NCBI GenBank assembly: GCA_963727625.1
Contig: CAVSHR010000002.1
Span: 224,001 to 288,000 of the forward strand
Direction of reading: 5' to 3'
Source of the DNA: an uncultured delta proteobacterium
GTDB taxonomy: Bacteria > Desulfobacterota > Binatia > UBA9968
Length of the DNA stretch: 64,000 nt
Of this stretch, positions 24,042 to 33,562 are shown in pieces (position 1 is the stretch's first letter; every line of letters starts with the position of its first letter). Position numbers and translations under genes: made by a program. Under the pieces are notes generated by a model, which saw only the letters and a list, made by a program, of their open reading frames with translations, was not told the origin of the DNA and did no database searches.

Positions 24042-25074
24042 CTATTGGGAACCCATGATCTCGGCCACATCACCGACTTCCTGTGGCAGCTTCCAGCGAT
24101 CCCTGTAACGCATGATCGTGTCCTTGTTGACGATGAAGGTCTTTGCCGTGGTGTAGCGCAGGGGTAAAGAACCGGGTTTTGTGCCATCGAGCAGGTCGGC
24201 GACCAACTTACCCAATTCGCGCCCATGCGTGACCGAATCGACGCCAAGATTGAAAATACCACCATGTCTGGGTGGTCGTGGTCTTGCAGGAAAACACCGG
24301 CACCCTGGCCTTGTCTGCGATTGCCAATACAGTACGGGTGGCGCTGAGAACCGTGTTGTCGGCGCACACGAAGATCGCCTCGGCCCGGCGAGCAACAAGC
24401 GCGTTGATGGTCTCGGTGATGGAGCTCGGTGCGTCCACGGTTCCTTCTAGAAGATCGTGTTTTTTTTTTTTGTGTGGTCGTTCTGGCGTCCTTGATCCAG
24501 AACTGGGGAGCTGGAAATCGATGGATTGCATTTCGCGCCTATTCGCTTCAGGCTCGGCGACAACGCCTTTGCCATGCGCAGAGCCTCCGGGGCCAGGATC
24601 GGTAGCTGTATAGCTGCAATGTAGTCTGGGCGGTCGCCCGCCTTGAGCGACTTGATCCCTATGCCAGCGGTTTCCGGGTTGACCACGATCGTAAAGACCT
24701 GAACCACTTTGCCGTCCCGGTTGGCGCGTCCGAAGGCCTGAAAGGCGGGAAACGTTGGCGTGATCATGATGTCATAGTTTTCGTCATGAACCGGGCTGAT
24801 ATCGCGGCCACGTCTATCAAACTGCTGGTGTGCATTGTAAACCTTGATAGCCAGGGTCTTGCCTTCGGTGTAGCCCCTGGTTGCCAGGATCTTGGCGCAC
24901 CGGATCGAGGACGATATCAATCTGTATGTGATTGTTGAACGGTACAACAGCGATACGCTTCTGCGTGGCGGCGCCAACAGTGACAGAAAATCCAAAGGCG
25001 CAAATCGCCATCAGAATAACAGTGAGCAACGTGATCTTCTTCACGACCATAACCGTCCTCCTTGACTGATCCAT
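24042..25074 (-). CDS. ABC substrate-binding protein (single ABC_sub_bind domain), frameshifted
   Basis: Signal peptide, GYTEGK..IKVYNA, VFTIVVNPETAG, EAIFVCADNTV, IFNLGVD. Confidence 0.75.
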
Positions 25075-25267
25075 TTATTGGCCAAACCACCCTCACTCAT
25101 CCAGTGCTCCGAATCCGGCGGGACGCGACACGACCGTTCACACCGGCGCAAAAACAAGCTCCGAAGACGACCTGCAATGCGCGAGACCACACTACCGCAG
25201 TATTGGAAAGCGCCGCCCTACGCAACAGCGAAAAAGCGCCATTATTTATTTAATGGATGAACCCATG

Positions 25268-27222
25268 TCATTTCCTCAATGGCCCCAAAGGTCCGCAGTT
25301 CTGGTCGACTTCCGCGCTTCCGGTCAGGATACCGGTGGTGCCGTTCTTGGCGTCTCTGATCACCTGGTGCGTAAACATCATTTGTGCCGTCAAAGACGAC
25401 GTGGAAGTCCGCTTCCTTGATGCAATCGCAGGACGCGTCTTCGGCCGTGCCTGTAAAAGGGAAAGGACCAGAGCCGACGTAGTTGTGATCTCTGCGGTAC
25501 CGCTCAGGACGTAGGAGAGCTTTGTCGGGGGAAACGTGGCCTGGGGAACCTGGACAAACCTGTCCCGTTCAACCCATAGATTGTTGGGGCCTCCTCGCCT
25601 GCAGACAGGGCGAGTGTCACAACAGGAGCGCCTAGCAGCCCGTGGTAGAAGTCCGATTTTTACATAACGCACGGAATCAGTGCGAAGCGGTGACTTGGGA
25701 TCGCAACTAGTCTCAGATCGAATCCTCGGCGCCGAGCGCGGTCATCGGTCGAGGAGTACCCATAGAGTAAAACAAAGAGCCCCTACGGCGGCCAAACGGC
25801 CCTGCAGGCCGCGTGGCGTTCCAATGCCGTCAACGTGCGCATCCACAGGCCCAGATTCAGGCCGCCACATGCACGAGCAGCCGTTTGAGAATATTGCCGT
25901 GCCCGCGCAGATGAGTCCGGCGCATCCCGCCGGTCTCGTAGAGGTGAGCATTGGGTCGCTCCAACAACTCGCCCCGTCGCCGCATCAACTGCTGCCCGCG
26001 CTCGCCCCGAATGCGCCGCCGATTGGCATACACCGCGTCGCGCTCGGCGTGCTGATCGATCCAGTGCTGCCGACCCCGATCCGGTTCGCCGATGTAGGTG
26101 CGCAGTCCCAGGCCTGCACATCGAGCACGGTTTGCTTGCTGTGATAGCCCTTGTCGGTGACGAGTTCCTCTCCCGTCTTCACCTTGTCGTCGGTGATCGC
26201 GGCCACGGCTTCCAACTGCTCGATCGCTTCGGGCAGCGTCGTCTGAATCGTGGTCGTGTCGCCCTGATCGGCTTCCTGTAGCGTGACAGCCACGACGGCG
26301 CCGGTCTCCAGGTCCACCGCATGCTCGGCTTTGTGCGCTAAATGGGTGCGTCCGTCCTTCATCTTGGTGATTGCGCGTCGGGGTCGTGCGGATGCTTCCA
26401 GTCCTCGTTCGACCCTTTCTTCTTGCGTTTGCGATCCAGCCTCGCCAGATCGGCCCGCGTCGGGGTCTCAATGCCGGAGGCCTTCGCCAGCTTGGTCAAA
26501 AACTCGTTATAGCTCTCCCCGGTGTCGCGCCGCACGATGCTGCGCATGGCCGCGTTCGCTTCGAGCGTCGTGGCGTCGATCGCCAGCGTTTTCCCCTTGA
26601 TCAGCCCGCGATCCCCAGACACTGAGAACCCACGTGAATACCGCCCGGTGGGTCTCCAAATCGATCAATCGCCGGGTCCGCGATATCGTCGAATGATCCG
26701 GCGCACCCTCGGTCAGCCCCAGCCCAAGGAACGACCGCACTCCCGACGAGTCCGCCGCGCGCCAGGCCATCCCGCGTTCCGAGTCCAGACCTTCGAAGTA
26801 GCCCAGCAACAGGAACCGAAAGTACTGCCCCGGCGCCAGACTCGGCCGTCCCATCTTCTCGGCATAGAACGCACGACACTGTCCCTCGACAAACTCGTCG
26901 AACCCGTGCTCGGCCAACAGCCGATTGAGTTTCTCGTAGAACGGGTGACTCACCGATTTCGGTAGTTCGCTGACCGCCACCCACATTCCTCTCTGCTCTT
27001 CTGTTTTCGTTTTCCCATCGCCATGCAAAAAACTTTACCGATGTATCCTTCGTGTCGATCCCTCACGACTCACTATTACCAATCTATTCTCGACTTTCAC
27101 CACGGGCTGCTAGTTCATCCGGCAACAGGCTGATGCAGACTTTCAAACCTTCTGCCTGAGCGGCAGGCAAGGGAGACAGTGCAAAAGACACGAAAAACAA
27201 TACCATCACGACTGCGTATCTC
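25268..27222 (-). pseudogene. secreted protein gene interrupted by the IS1182-like element
   Basis: Removing the IS and one CTAG joins MRYAVVMVLFFVSFALSPLPAAQAEGLKVCISLLPDEL in frame to GAPVVTLALSAGEEAPTIYGLNGT. Confidence 0.55.
25636..27109 (-). mobile_element. IS1182-like insertion sequence (DDE transposase, frameshifted)
   Basis: Terminal IRs CAGCCCGTGGTAGAAGT / ACTTTCACCACGGGCTG; CTAG on both flanks (25632-25635, 27110-27113); GRPSLAP, EGLDSERG, PDHSTISRTR, IDAT, HDPDA, DKGY, ERPNAH motifs. Confidence 0.88.
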
Positions 27223-27789
27223 ATAGCCTTCACCTCACGAAGCCGTCTCGTCTTGCGTCTAACGGACACCTTCTTATCTCACACCCCCTTGTCACTCATG
27301 TGAGTTGTCAACGACTTCTCTTCTTTTCAAGGCAGCATAAATTTCTGCTGTTACGAACGCAGTGCCCTAGTAAGGTCAGGATACGGCAAAAATAATTCCT
27401 GAACTGTTCTCTAAAAGTAGAGTGTCCTTAGGTTATCGTGAGATATCCTTCCCTCCTTAACTGCCTACTTAGCGCATGCCAGGTCTCCGAGGAATCATAA
27501 CGATTTTCCTTGTCGACCGTGATGGGATCTAGATGTTTGGTGTTTCAGAAAGATGTGTCGGACTGTCTATCAATGTACATCAACGCTATACCCGTAAGAC
27601 GATTGTCAAGCAATTGTTATGGAGACACTTTTTCTTCGGCATTTATCGATGTTCGCAAAATACAGTGACGGGAAATTGGGCCAAAAGTCTTTTCTTTTTC
27701 GTCACCCTAATATGCGAAAGTAGCCACACTCCCCTTCCCTTCCCCCTCCTTCCCTTTCCCCCCTCCCCTCCCTCCTCCCCCCCCCTAAT

Positions 27790-28440
27790 AGTGGACTGCG
27801 CCCCATAGACTGGCGAGAAGATCTGAGAAATTGAGGGGGAGCGATCGGCGCAACGGGCGAGTAAGATAACTCGCCACGAGGAGTCGGTCGATGGGAAAAC
27901 AAAGGCGTAAATTTACAACGGGATTCAAGCAACAGATTGTCGGCGAAATCGAATCGGGGCTGTTGTCGGTCGGTGCGGGGAGTCGTAAGTATCAGATCTC
28001 GGGCAGTGTGATCGATCGCTGGCGGCAACGAGAGCGGGAAGGCGAGTTGGAAGCGCCGCCATCGGTTCGGGAGAAGGCCCTGGAACGAGAGAACCGCGAA
28101 CTCAAGGAGAAGTTGGCCGAGCTTTATCTGGAGAACGCTCAGCTAAAAAAACTCGGGGATTGGCTACGGCGGCAGAGAAGCGTCAGTACCTCGGTGATCA
28201 CCGCTCAGAGTTTGGCTCGATCACCCAAGGACTCCAAGTCATGAAGCTTGGATCGAGCAGTTATTACTACCCGCCGATCACTGACCTCGAAGCAAAAGAG
28301 TACCAGGATATCGAGCTACGGGATCGCATCGAGCGGCTCCAGGGAGAGTTTCCCGGCTACGGCTATCGGCGCCTGGGCCGGCAGCTGCGCCGAGAAGGGA
28401 GCGTCGTCAACGACAAGAAGATCCGCCGGGTGCAGCGAAG
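27790..28440 (+). mobile_element. IS3-family element, truncated (orfA and start of orfB)
   Basis: TG-starting left end TGGACTGCGCCCC; orfA 27891..28244 (RRKFTTGFKQQIV, LERENRELK); A7 slippery run near 28145; orfB SSYYY...YGYRR...VNDKKIRR. Confidence 0.85.
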
Positions 28441-28443
28441 ATA

Positions 28444-28940
28444 AGATGTTTCATAAATTTTGTGTGTGAGGCATATCTGATTAAAGAGGAGATATGCCGG
28501 ATGGCAAGAGTGGAGAGAAAGCAGGAAGCGAAGAGCGAATCAGCATCAAGGCAGAATGGCTCGACGAGGTGATGAAAGAATACCGAGGGCCCCAAGACTT
28601 TGACGAGATCTTCAAGCTGTTCAAGAAAGCTGTGGTTGAGCGGGCCCTGGGAGCGGAGTTAACCCAGCACCTGGGTTACGACAAAGGGCAAGACAAGCCC
28701 GAGCATCAAAGCAACCACCGAAACGGCGTGAGTGGCAAGCGGATCCTGACTGACCAGGGGAGCCTAGAAATCGAAGTTCCTCGCGATCGTAACTCCCTGG
28801 AGTATAGCGGTTGGAAAGGCCGCAAAGCGGTGGTGGCCGAGCTCAAGACGATCTACCGGGCCGAGACCGCGGAAAAGGCCCTGGCCGCCTTGGAAGCTTT
28901 TTCCCAAGGCCCGTGGGGCAAGAAATACCCGCCAACCATG
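28444..28940 (+). mobile_element. IS256-family transposase remnant with a large internal deletion
   Basis: ERALGAELTQHLGY, NHRNG, EVPRDRNS joined directly to LEYSGWKGRKAVVAELKTIY...WGKKYP; IR-like GATGTTTCATAAATTTTGTGT upstream. Confidence 0.85.
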
Positions 28941-29370
28941 TCGTACAACTGGACCCCACGTTCGAGCCGTAGATAATCATCATCGTTTGGTGGACCAAAT
29001 GTCGATATTTCAAGGGGCGTTCAAAAGCGAAACTAATTCCGGATACGCCCAAGAAATAAAGCACGAACAAATCCACTCGGAGCACCGCAAAACTAACGAG
29101 CAAAGAAATCCCGGAATTGACCCACAGCACAATGGGAAAAGCTTTTCGAACGGTCATCAAGCCGCTCGAGATCATACCAATGATGATGAACGTAAGGGCG
29201 GTCATGCTTTGAGTGATCACACCAAACAAGGCCCCCATAATCCAGCGAGCCAACCATTATCCGCCTGCTTGGAAACGAACAGGCGGATTCGACGGCTAGT
29301 CAACTGTTTCAAATGCGTGCCGATTAAATGCACGCTGGTAAAAACAAGCCAAGGCCAGCTAAGAGGGTGC
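28935..29370 (-). pseudogene. Na/Pi-cotransporter family fragment
   Basis: LKQLTSRRIR...WLAGLWG, GVITQSMTA..IIIGMISSGLM, then IIYGSNVGS. Confidence 0.65.
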
Positions 29371-29730
29371 CGAGAATCTCTGGCATGTGGATGACCTTTT
29401 GTCGACTTTAAGTCTTTACGCTTTCGAGACTCGATGAGATCCGAAAGATCTTTTTTGAGTTTACCGTTCAATTCGATTATTTCGGTTGCTAAGTCAACGA
29501 CGGCCAACAGATGAAGACCCGACTTCTGTATGCCCCAGATCCCGGCGATGCGAAAACGAGCTGCGACCTTATCGACGGAAGCGGGACAATGTGGTTTAAG
29601 TAAGAAAGGTGGACCGACGCTAAATCCGGTGGCAAACATCTCAGCGAGCTGATCATCGAGGTATGTCGCTTTACCCAGGCGTTCACGAAACCGCAACCGC
29701 GACGCGTCGCCACGAGCCTTCTAGCGTCGT

Positions 29731-30969
29731 GTGGAAATGATACTTCCTATGTGGCTCCGAGCGATTTGTTTGTCTCTGGCTCTGTTAAGCTCAGCGCCGG
29801 TTTGGGCGGAAGACTTGGTCATTGGCATGTCCGCCGCCTTTACCGGAACTTCGCGGGGTCTCGGTATCGAATTGTATCGCGGTTCCATGGCCTTTATGGA
29901 GCCAATCAATCGTGCCGGCGGCGTGCACGGCAGAAAAATCGTCATCCGCGCCTACGACGACAGCTACAACCCGATTCCCGCGATCAGGAACACGATCAAG
30001 CTCATTGATGACGACAACGTATTTCTACTAGCCAATTACGTCGGCACCCCCACGGTTACACGGGTGCTGCCGCTGTTGAAGAATTATCGCAAAAAACACA
30101 TCTATCTGTTCTTTCCTTTCACCGGGGCCGCGCCTCAACGGGAGCCGCCCTATTCGGATTTTGTCTTCAACCTGCGGGCATCTTATGCAGACGAAACGGC
30201 GGGATTGGTCGATCATTTCGTCGGGTTGGGGCGACGAAAAATTGCGGTTTTCTATCAGGCGGATGCTTACGGCAGAAGCGGGTGGGAAGGTGTTCGAAAG
30301 GCGCTTACAGGCTTTGGACTGACCATCGCCGGTGAGGCGACCTATCGTAGGGGTACGAAATTTTCAACCCGCTTGAAACCTCAGGTTGATATACTCAAAG
30401 CGGGGGCTCCGGATGCGATTGTTTCAATAGGTTCCTATGCTGCCTGTGCCGCATTGATTCGAGACGCGCGCGATTCCGGATGGCAAGTCCCCATCGCAAA
30501 CGTCTCATTTGTCGGCAGCGAGGCCCTGGCTGCGCTTCTGCTCAAGAGCAGTACGACAAAGGGGATGGACTACACGAGCAATCTCATCAATTCGCAGGTG
30601 GTTCCCTCTTATGAGGACATGTCGCTGCCGGCAATCCAAGAATATCGTCAACGCATGGATGAATACGGAGCAAAGGTGCCACACCCGTGGGACGCGCCTG
30701 ACTATCAACCGCTTCGCTACAGCTTTGTCAGTTTGGAAGGTTATTTAAATGCAAAACTGCTGGTGCGCATCCTAAATGACCTGGGCCCAATGCCAGCCAA
30801 GGACCATGTGAAGCAAACCGTGGAGAGTCTCCATAACCTCGACCTCGGCATCGGAAGCCCTATCAACTTCGGACCCAACAAGCATCAGGGTTCTGATCGA
30901 GTGTATTACACAACCCTCGAGGGCGACAAATTTGTTCCGATTGTGCGCTGGGATCGCTGGAAAAGATGA
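29731..30969 (+). CDS. periplasmic binding protein (Peripla_BP_6/LivJ-like)
   Basis: Signal peptide, IGMSAAFTG, GGVHGRKI...DDSYNP, NYVGTPT, FNLRASY, SFVSLEGY; overlaps the next gene by ATGA. Confidence 0.9.
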   Translation: MEMILPMWLRAICLSLALLSSAPVWAEDLVIGMSAAFTGTSRGLGIELYRGSMAFMEPINRAGGVHGRKIVIRAYDDSYNPIPAIRNTIKLIDDDNVFLLANYVGTPTVTRVLPLLKNYRKKHIYLFFPFTGAAPQREPPYSDFVFNLRASYADETAGLVDHFVGLGRRKIAVFYQADAYGRSGWEGVRKALTGFGLTIAGEATYRRGTKFSTRLKPQVDILKAGAPDAIVSIGSYAACAALIRDARDSGWQVPIANVSFVGSEALAALLLKSSTTKGMDYTSNLINSQVVPSYEDMSLPAIQEYRQRMDEYGAKVPHPWDAPDYQPLRYSFVSLEGYLNAKLLVRILNDLGPMPAKDHVKQTVESLHNLDLGIGSPINFGPNKHQGSDRVYYTTLEGDKFVPIVRWDRWKR

Positions 30970-32921
30970 GGATGTCGAGGCTCTTTACCAAGACCCTGAT
31001 CTTGATCGTGATTCTGTTCGGCGTCATTGCGACGGCTACGTCGATTCTGACCGGATGGACCCTCTACCGGAGCTTGACCGCAGAGTACCGCAGCAAAGGA
31101 ATCGCGATTGCGCAGGGCATCGCAGACTCGAGCGCGGAAATTCTTTTGAACCGTGACCTCTCCACGGTGCAGGCGACCATCGACCAGTTTAGCGAGATCG
31201 GCGGCGTCGCTTATGTTTTTGTCACCGATAGCCAAGGAGACATCGTTTCCCACACTTTCGTTCCAGCGGTGCCCAAGGAAGTGCTCCCGATCATCATGCA
31301 ATCCCGAGCGAGCCCGACGACGGGTCACGTCATCACGACGACGCTGGAGATTCCGGGAATGGGCAAGTTCATCCATGTCTATGCGCCGATCCTGGCCGGG
31401 GTCGCCGGCTTCGTACATGTGGGGATGGATCAAGGGTTTATCCAAGCCCAGATCTGGTCCACCGTCATCCAGCAACAGGTCCTCATCTTTGTGATCTTTA
31501 TTTTGAGCATCCTGATCGCGTCCATGCTGGTCAAGCGCATTTCACAACCGTTGAATCAGCTGGCCGATTACACCCATTCTTTTGCCTCGCAGGATTTCGA
31601 TGCCCGGATTGGCATCCCCGCCGACATCGCAGCACTTCCGGAAAAATCCAAAGATGAAATCGGAAAACTGGCCGAGTCGTTCATCAACATGAAACGGACT
31701 CTGCAACGTTACCTCGACGACTTGAAAGAGACCACGGCGAGCAAGGAAAGGATCGAAAGCGAGCTTAAAATTGCCCACGATATCCAGATGAGCATGGTGC
31801 CCAAGACCTTTCCGCCATTTCCCGACCGTAAAGAATTTGACATCTACGCAACGCTCATACCGGCACGGGAGGTCGGCGGCGACTTCTACGATTTTTTCTT
31901 CATCGACGACCAGCGGCTCTGTTTTGCCATCGGGGATGTCTCCGGAAAGGGCGTGCCGGCTTCACTCTTTATGGCGTTGACCAAGACCATGTTTCGGGCT
32001 ACGGGCGGCCGTCAAAACGTGACCGCAGAAACGATTTTGTCGCGGCTCAACGCTGAGATTTGCCGGGATAATGACTCCTGCATGTTCGTAACCGTCTTCT
32101 GTGCGCTTCTCAATGTCGGAACCGGTCAGGTGGAATATAGCAACGCAGGCCACAATTTGCCTTACGTTCTGTCCGATGGAGCTGTGACGGCGCTCACCAA
32201 TACCGGCGGCATGGCCTTAGGTGTAAGCGAGTCAGCCAGCTTTCATGCCGGCTGCATCGTCCTCAAACCGGGAGACCGCCTGGTTTTGTATACCGACGGA
32301 GTCACGGAGGCTATGGACAGGAATGATGAACTGTTTTCCGAAGACCGTCTGGAACAAACGTTGCATGGCGTGCAGGGCCAACACAGCAAGAAAATCATCG
32401 AAAAAGTCACGCAAGACGTGCAGCGTTTTGCCGACGGTGCGCCCCAATCCGACGATATTACACTGTTGGTGCTCGGTTATATCGGGCCCGACCAGGCAGA
32501 TGAACGCTATTTGACGATCTCTCTAAAAAATGATCTTGCCGAGCTCCCATCGTTGAGTGAGGCAGCGACCGAGTTCTCCGAGCGCCAGGGTCTTCCTATC
32601 GAACTAGTGAATCGCGTAAATCTGGTATTGGAGGAAATCGTAACGAACGTGATTTCCTACGGATACGACGACAGTTTGGAGCACGAAATTGCCGTCCGTC
32701 TTTCGTGGAACAAACCTTGGATCGAGATCGAGATCGAAGATGACGGACGCCCCTTCAATCCGCTGGAGGCTCCCCCACCGGAGATGGAAAAACCCTTAGT
32801 CGAAAGGCAGATCGGCGGATTAGGAATTCACCTGGTTCGGAACATGATGGATGATTTGGAATACCGGCGCGAAAACGGCAAGAATTGTTTGCGTCTCAAG
32901 AGCAATATTGGGGAGACTTAA
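30966..32921 (+). CDS. periplasmic sensor-HAMP-SpoIIE phosphatase-RsbW-type kinase fusion
   Basis: Two TM helices, DEIGKLAESF, EVGGDFYD, GDVSGKG, YTDGVTEA, SDDIT, EEIVTNV, EDDGRPFNP, GGLGIHLV. Confidence 0.93.
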   Translation: MRMSRLFTKTLILIVILFGVIATATSILTGWTLYRSLTAEYRSKGIAIAQGIADSSAEILLNRDLSTVQATIDQFSEIGGVAYVFVTDSQGDIVSHTFVPAVPKEVLPIIMQSRASPTTGHVITTTLEIPGMGKFIHVYAPILAGVAGFVHVGMDQGFIQAQIWSTVIQQQVLIFVIFILSILIASMLVKRISQPLNQLADYTHSFASQDFDARIGIPADIAALPEKSKDEIGKLAESFINMKRTLQRYLDDLKETTASKERIESELKIAHDIQMSMVPKTFPPFPDRKEFDIYATLIPAREVGGDFYDFFFIDDQRLCFAIGDVSGKGVPASLFMALTKTMFRATGGRQNVTAETILSRLNAEICRDNDSCMFVTVFCALLNVGTGQVEYSNAGHNLPYVLSDGAVTALTNTGGMALGVSESASFHAGCIVLKPGDRLVLYTDGVTEAMDRNDELFSEDRLEQTLHGVQGQHSKKIIEKVTQDVQRFADGAPQSDDITLLVLGYIGPDQADERYLTISLKNDLAELPSLSEAATEFSERQGLPIELVNRVNLVLEEIVTNVISYGYDDSLEHEIAVRLSWNKPWIEIEIEDDGRPFNPLEAPPPEMEKPLVERQIGGLGIHLVRNMMDDLEYRRENGKNCLRLKSNIGET

Positions 32922-32924
32922 CCC

Positions 32925-33263
32925 ATGGAAATCACCGAAGAACGAAGAGCGGATGTTTTGATCATCCGCATTATTGGAAAATTGGACGCTTCCACAGCGA
33001 AGGCGCTGGAGGATAAGATTTTGCCCATCATTGCGTCCAACCAAGAGAAACTGGTCGTAGAGCTATCCCAGCTCGACTACATTAGTAGTGCCGGCCTGCG
33101 CGTGTTTCTCCTCGCCGCGAAACGTATGGAAGAGTCAAAGGGCAAAATGATCCTTTGCTCCCTAAAAGATAGCGTGAAGCAAGTTTTTGATATCGCTGGT
33201 TTCTCTTCTTTCCTAAGCCTTGCTGGCTCAACCGAAGAGGCGATCAAAAGCTGTTCGGGCTGA
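32925..33263 (+). CDS. STAS anti-anti-sigma-type protein
   Basis: IGKLDA, LDYISSAGLRVFL, VKQVFDIAGF. Confidence 0.92.
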   Translation: MEITEERRADVLIIRIIGKLDASTAKALEDKILPIIASNQEKLVVELSQLDYISSAGLRVFLLAAKRMEESKGKMILCSLKDSVKQVFDIAGFSSFLSLAGSTEEAIKSCSG

Positions 33264-33303
33264 GGCCGAGCTTCCCTCATGCCGTTACACAACGGAGCGG
33301 CTT

Positions 33304-33486
33304 ATGGTGAGAAATCTTGTCCGCCGAAATTTCAACAAACTCGTTTCAACCGCTCTTGGAGGCATGCTGCCTGCGCGTTTTAGCGGTACCTTTTCGAACC
33401 GCATGGCACATATTGCCCGTTGGAATGCGGTAATGCGCGAGAACGATGATATAATCAAGCGCTGGAACGAATTCATTTTAGGGTGA
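33304..33486 (+). pseudogene. collapsed remnant of a Tat-exported solute-binding protein
   Basis: Twin-arginine-like RRNFNKLVSTALG joined to IARWNAVMRENDDIIKRWNEFI, which resembles a PotD/PotF-type SBP C-terminus (recognised by eye). Confidence 0.4.
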
Positions 33487-33562
33487 CACCTCCTCGACGC
33501 GCACTTCAGAGTCCTCGCACGAGGCCACGGCTACGCCGAACAGCTTTAACAAGCAGCGGGTT

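Noticed and set aside
27730-27786. Long C/T-only tract, a possible G-quadruplex or triplex
   Set aside because: Irregular low-complexity run in the error-rich region; more likely a base-calling artefact or degraded sequence.
438-29700. Internal stops in island genes as recoding or an alternative genetic code
   Set aside because: The breaks are mostly frameshifts or TAG/TAA at non-catalytic positions with no SECIS-like hairpins noticed; intact genes end at TGA, TAA and TAG normally.
29400-29713. Minus-strand fragment upstream of the Na/Pi relic
   Set aside because: No family could be assigned with confidence; left unannotated.
33404-33418. TGGCACATATTGC as a sigma-54 promoter
   Set aside because: The GG-to-GC spacing is 2 nt too short for a -24/-12 promoter.
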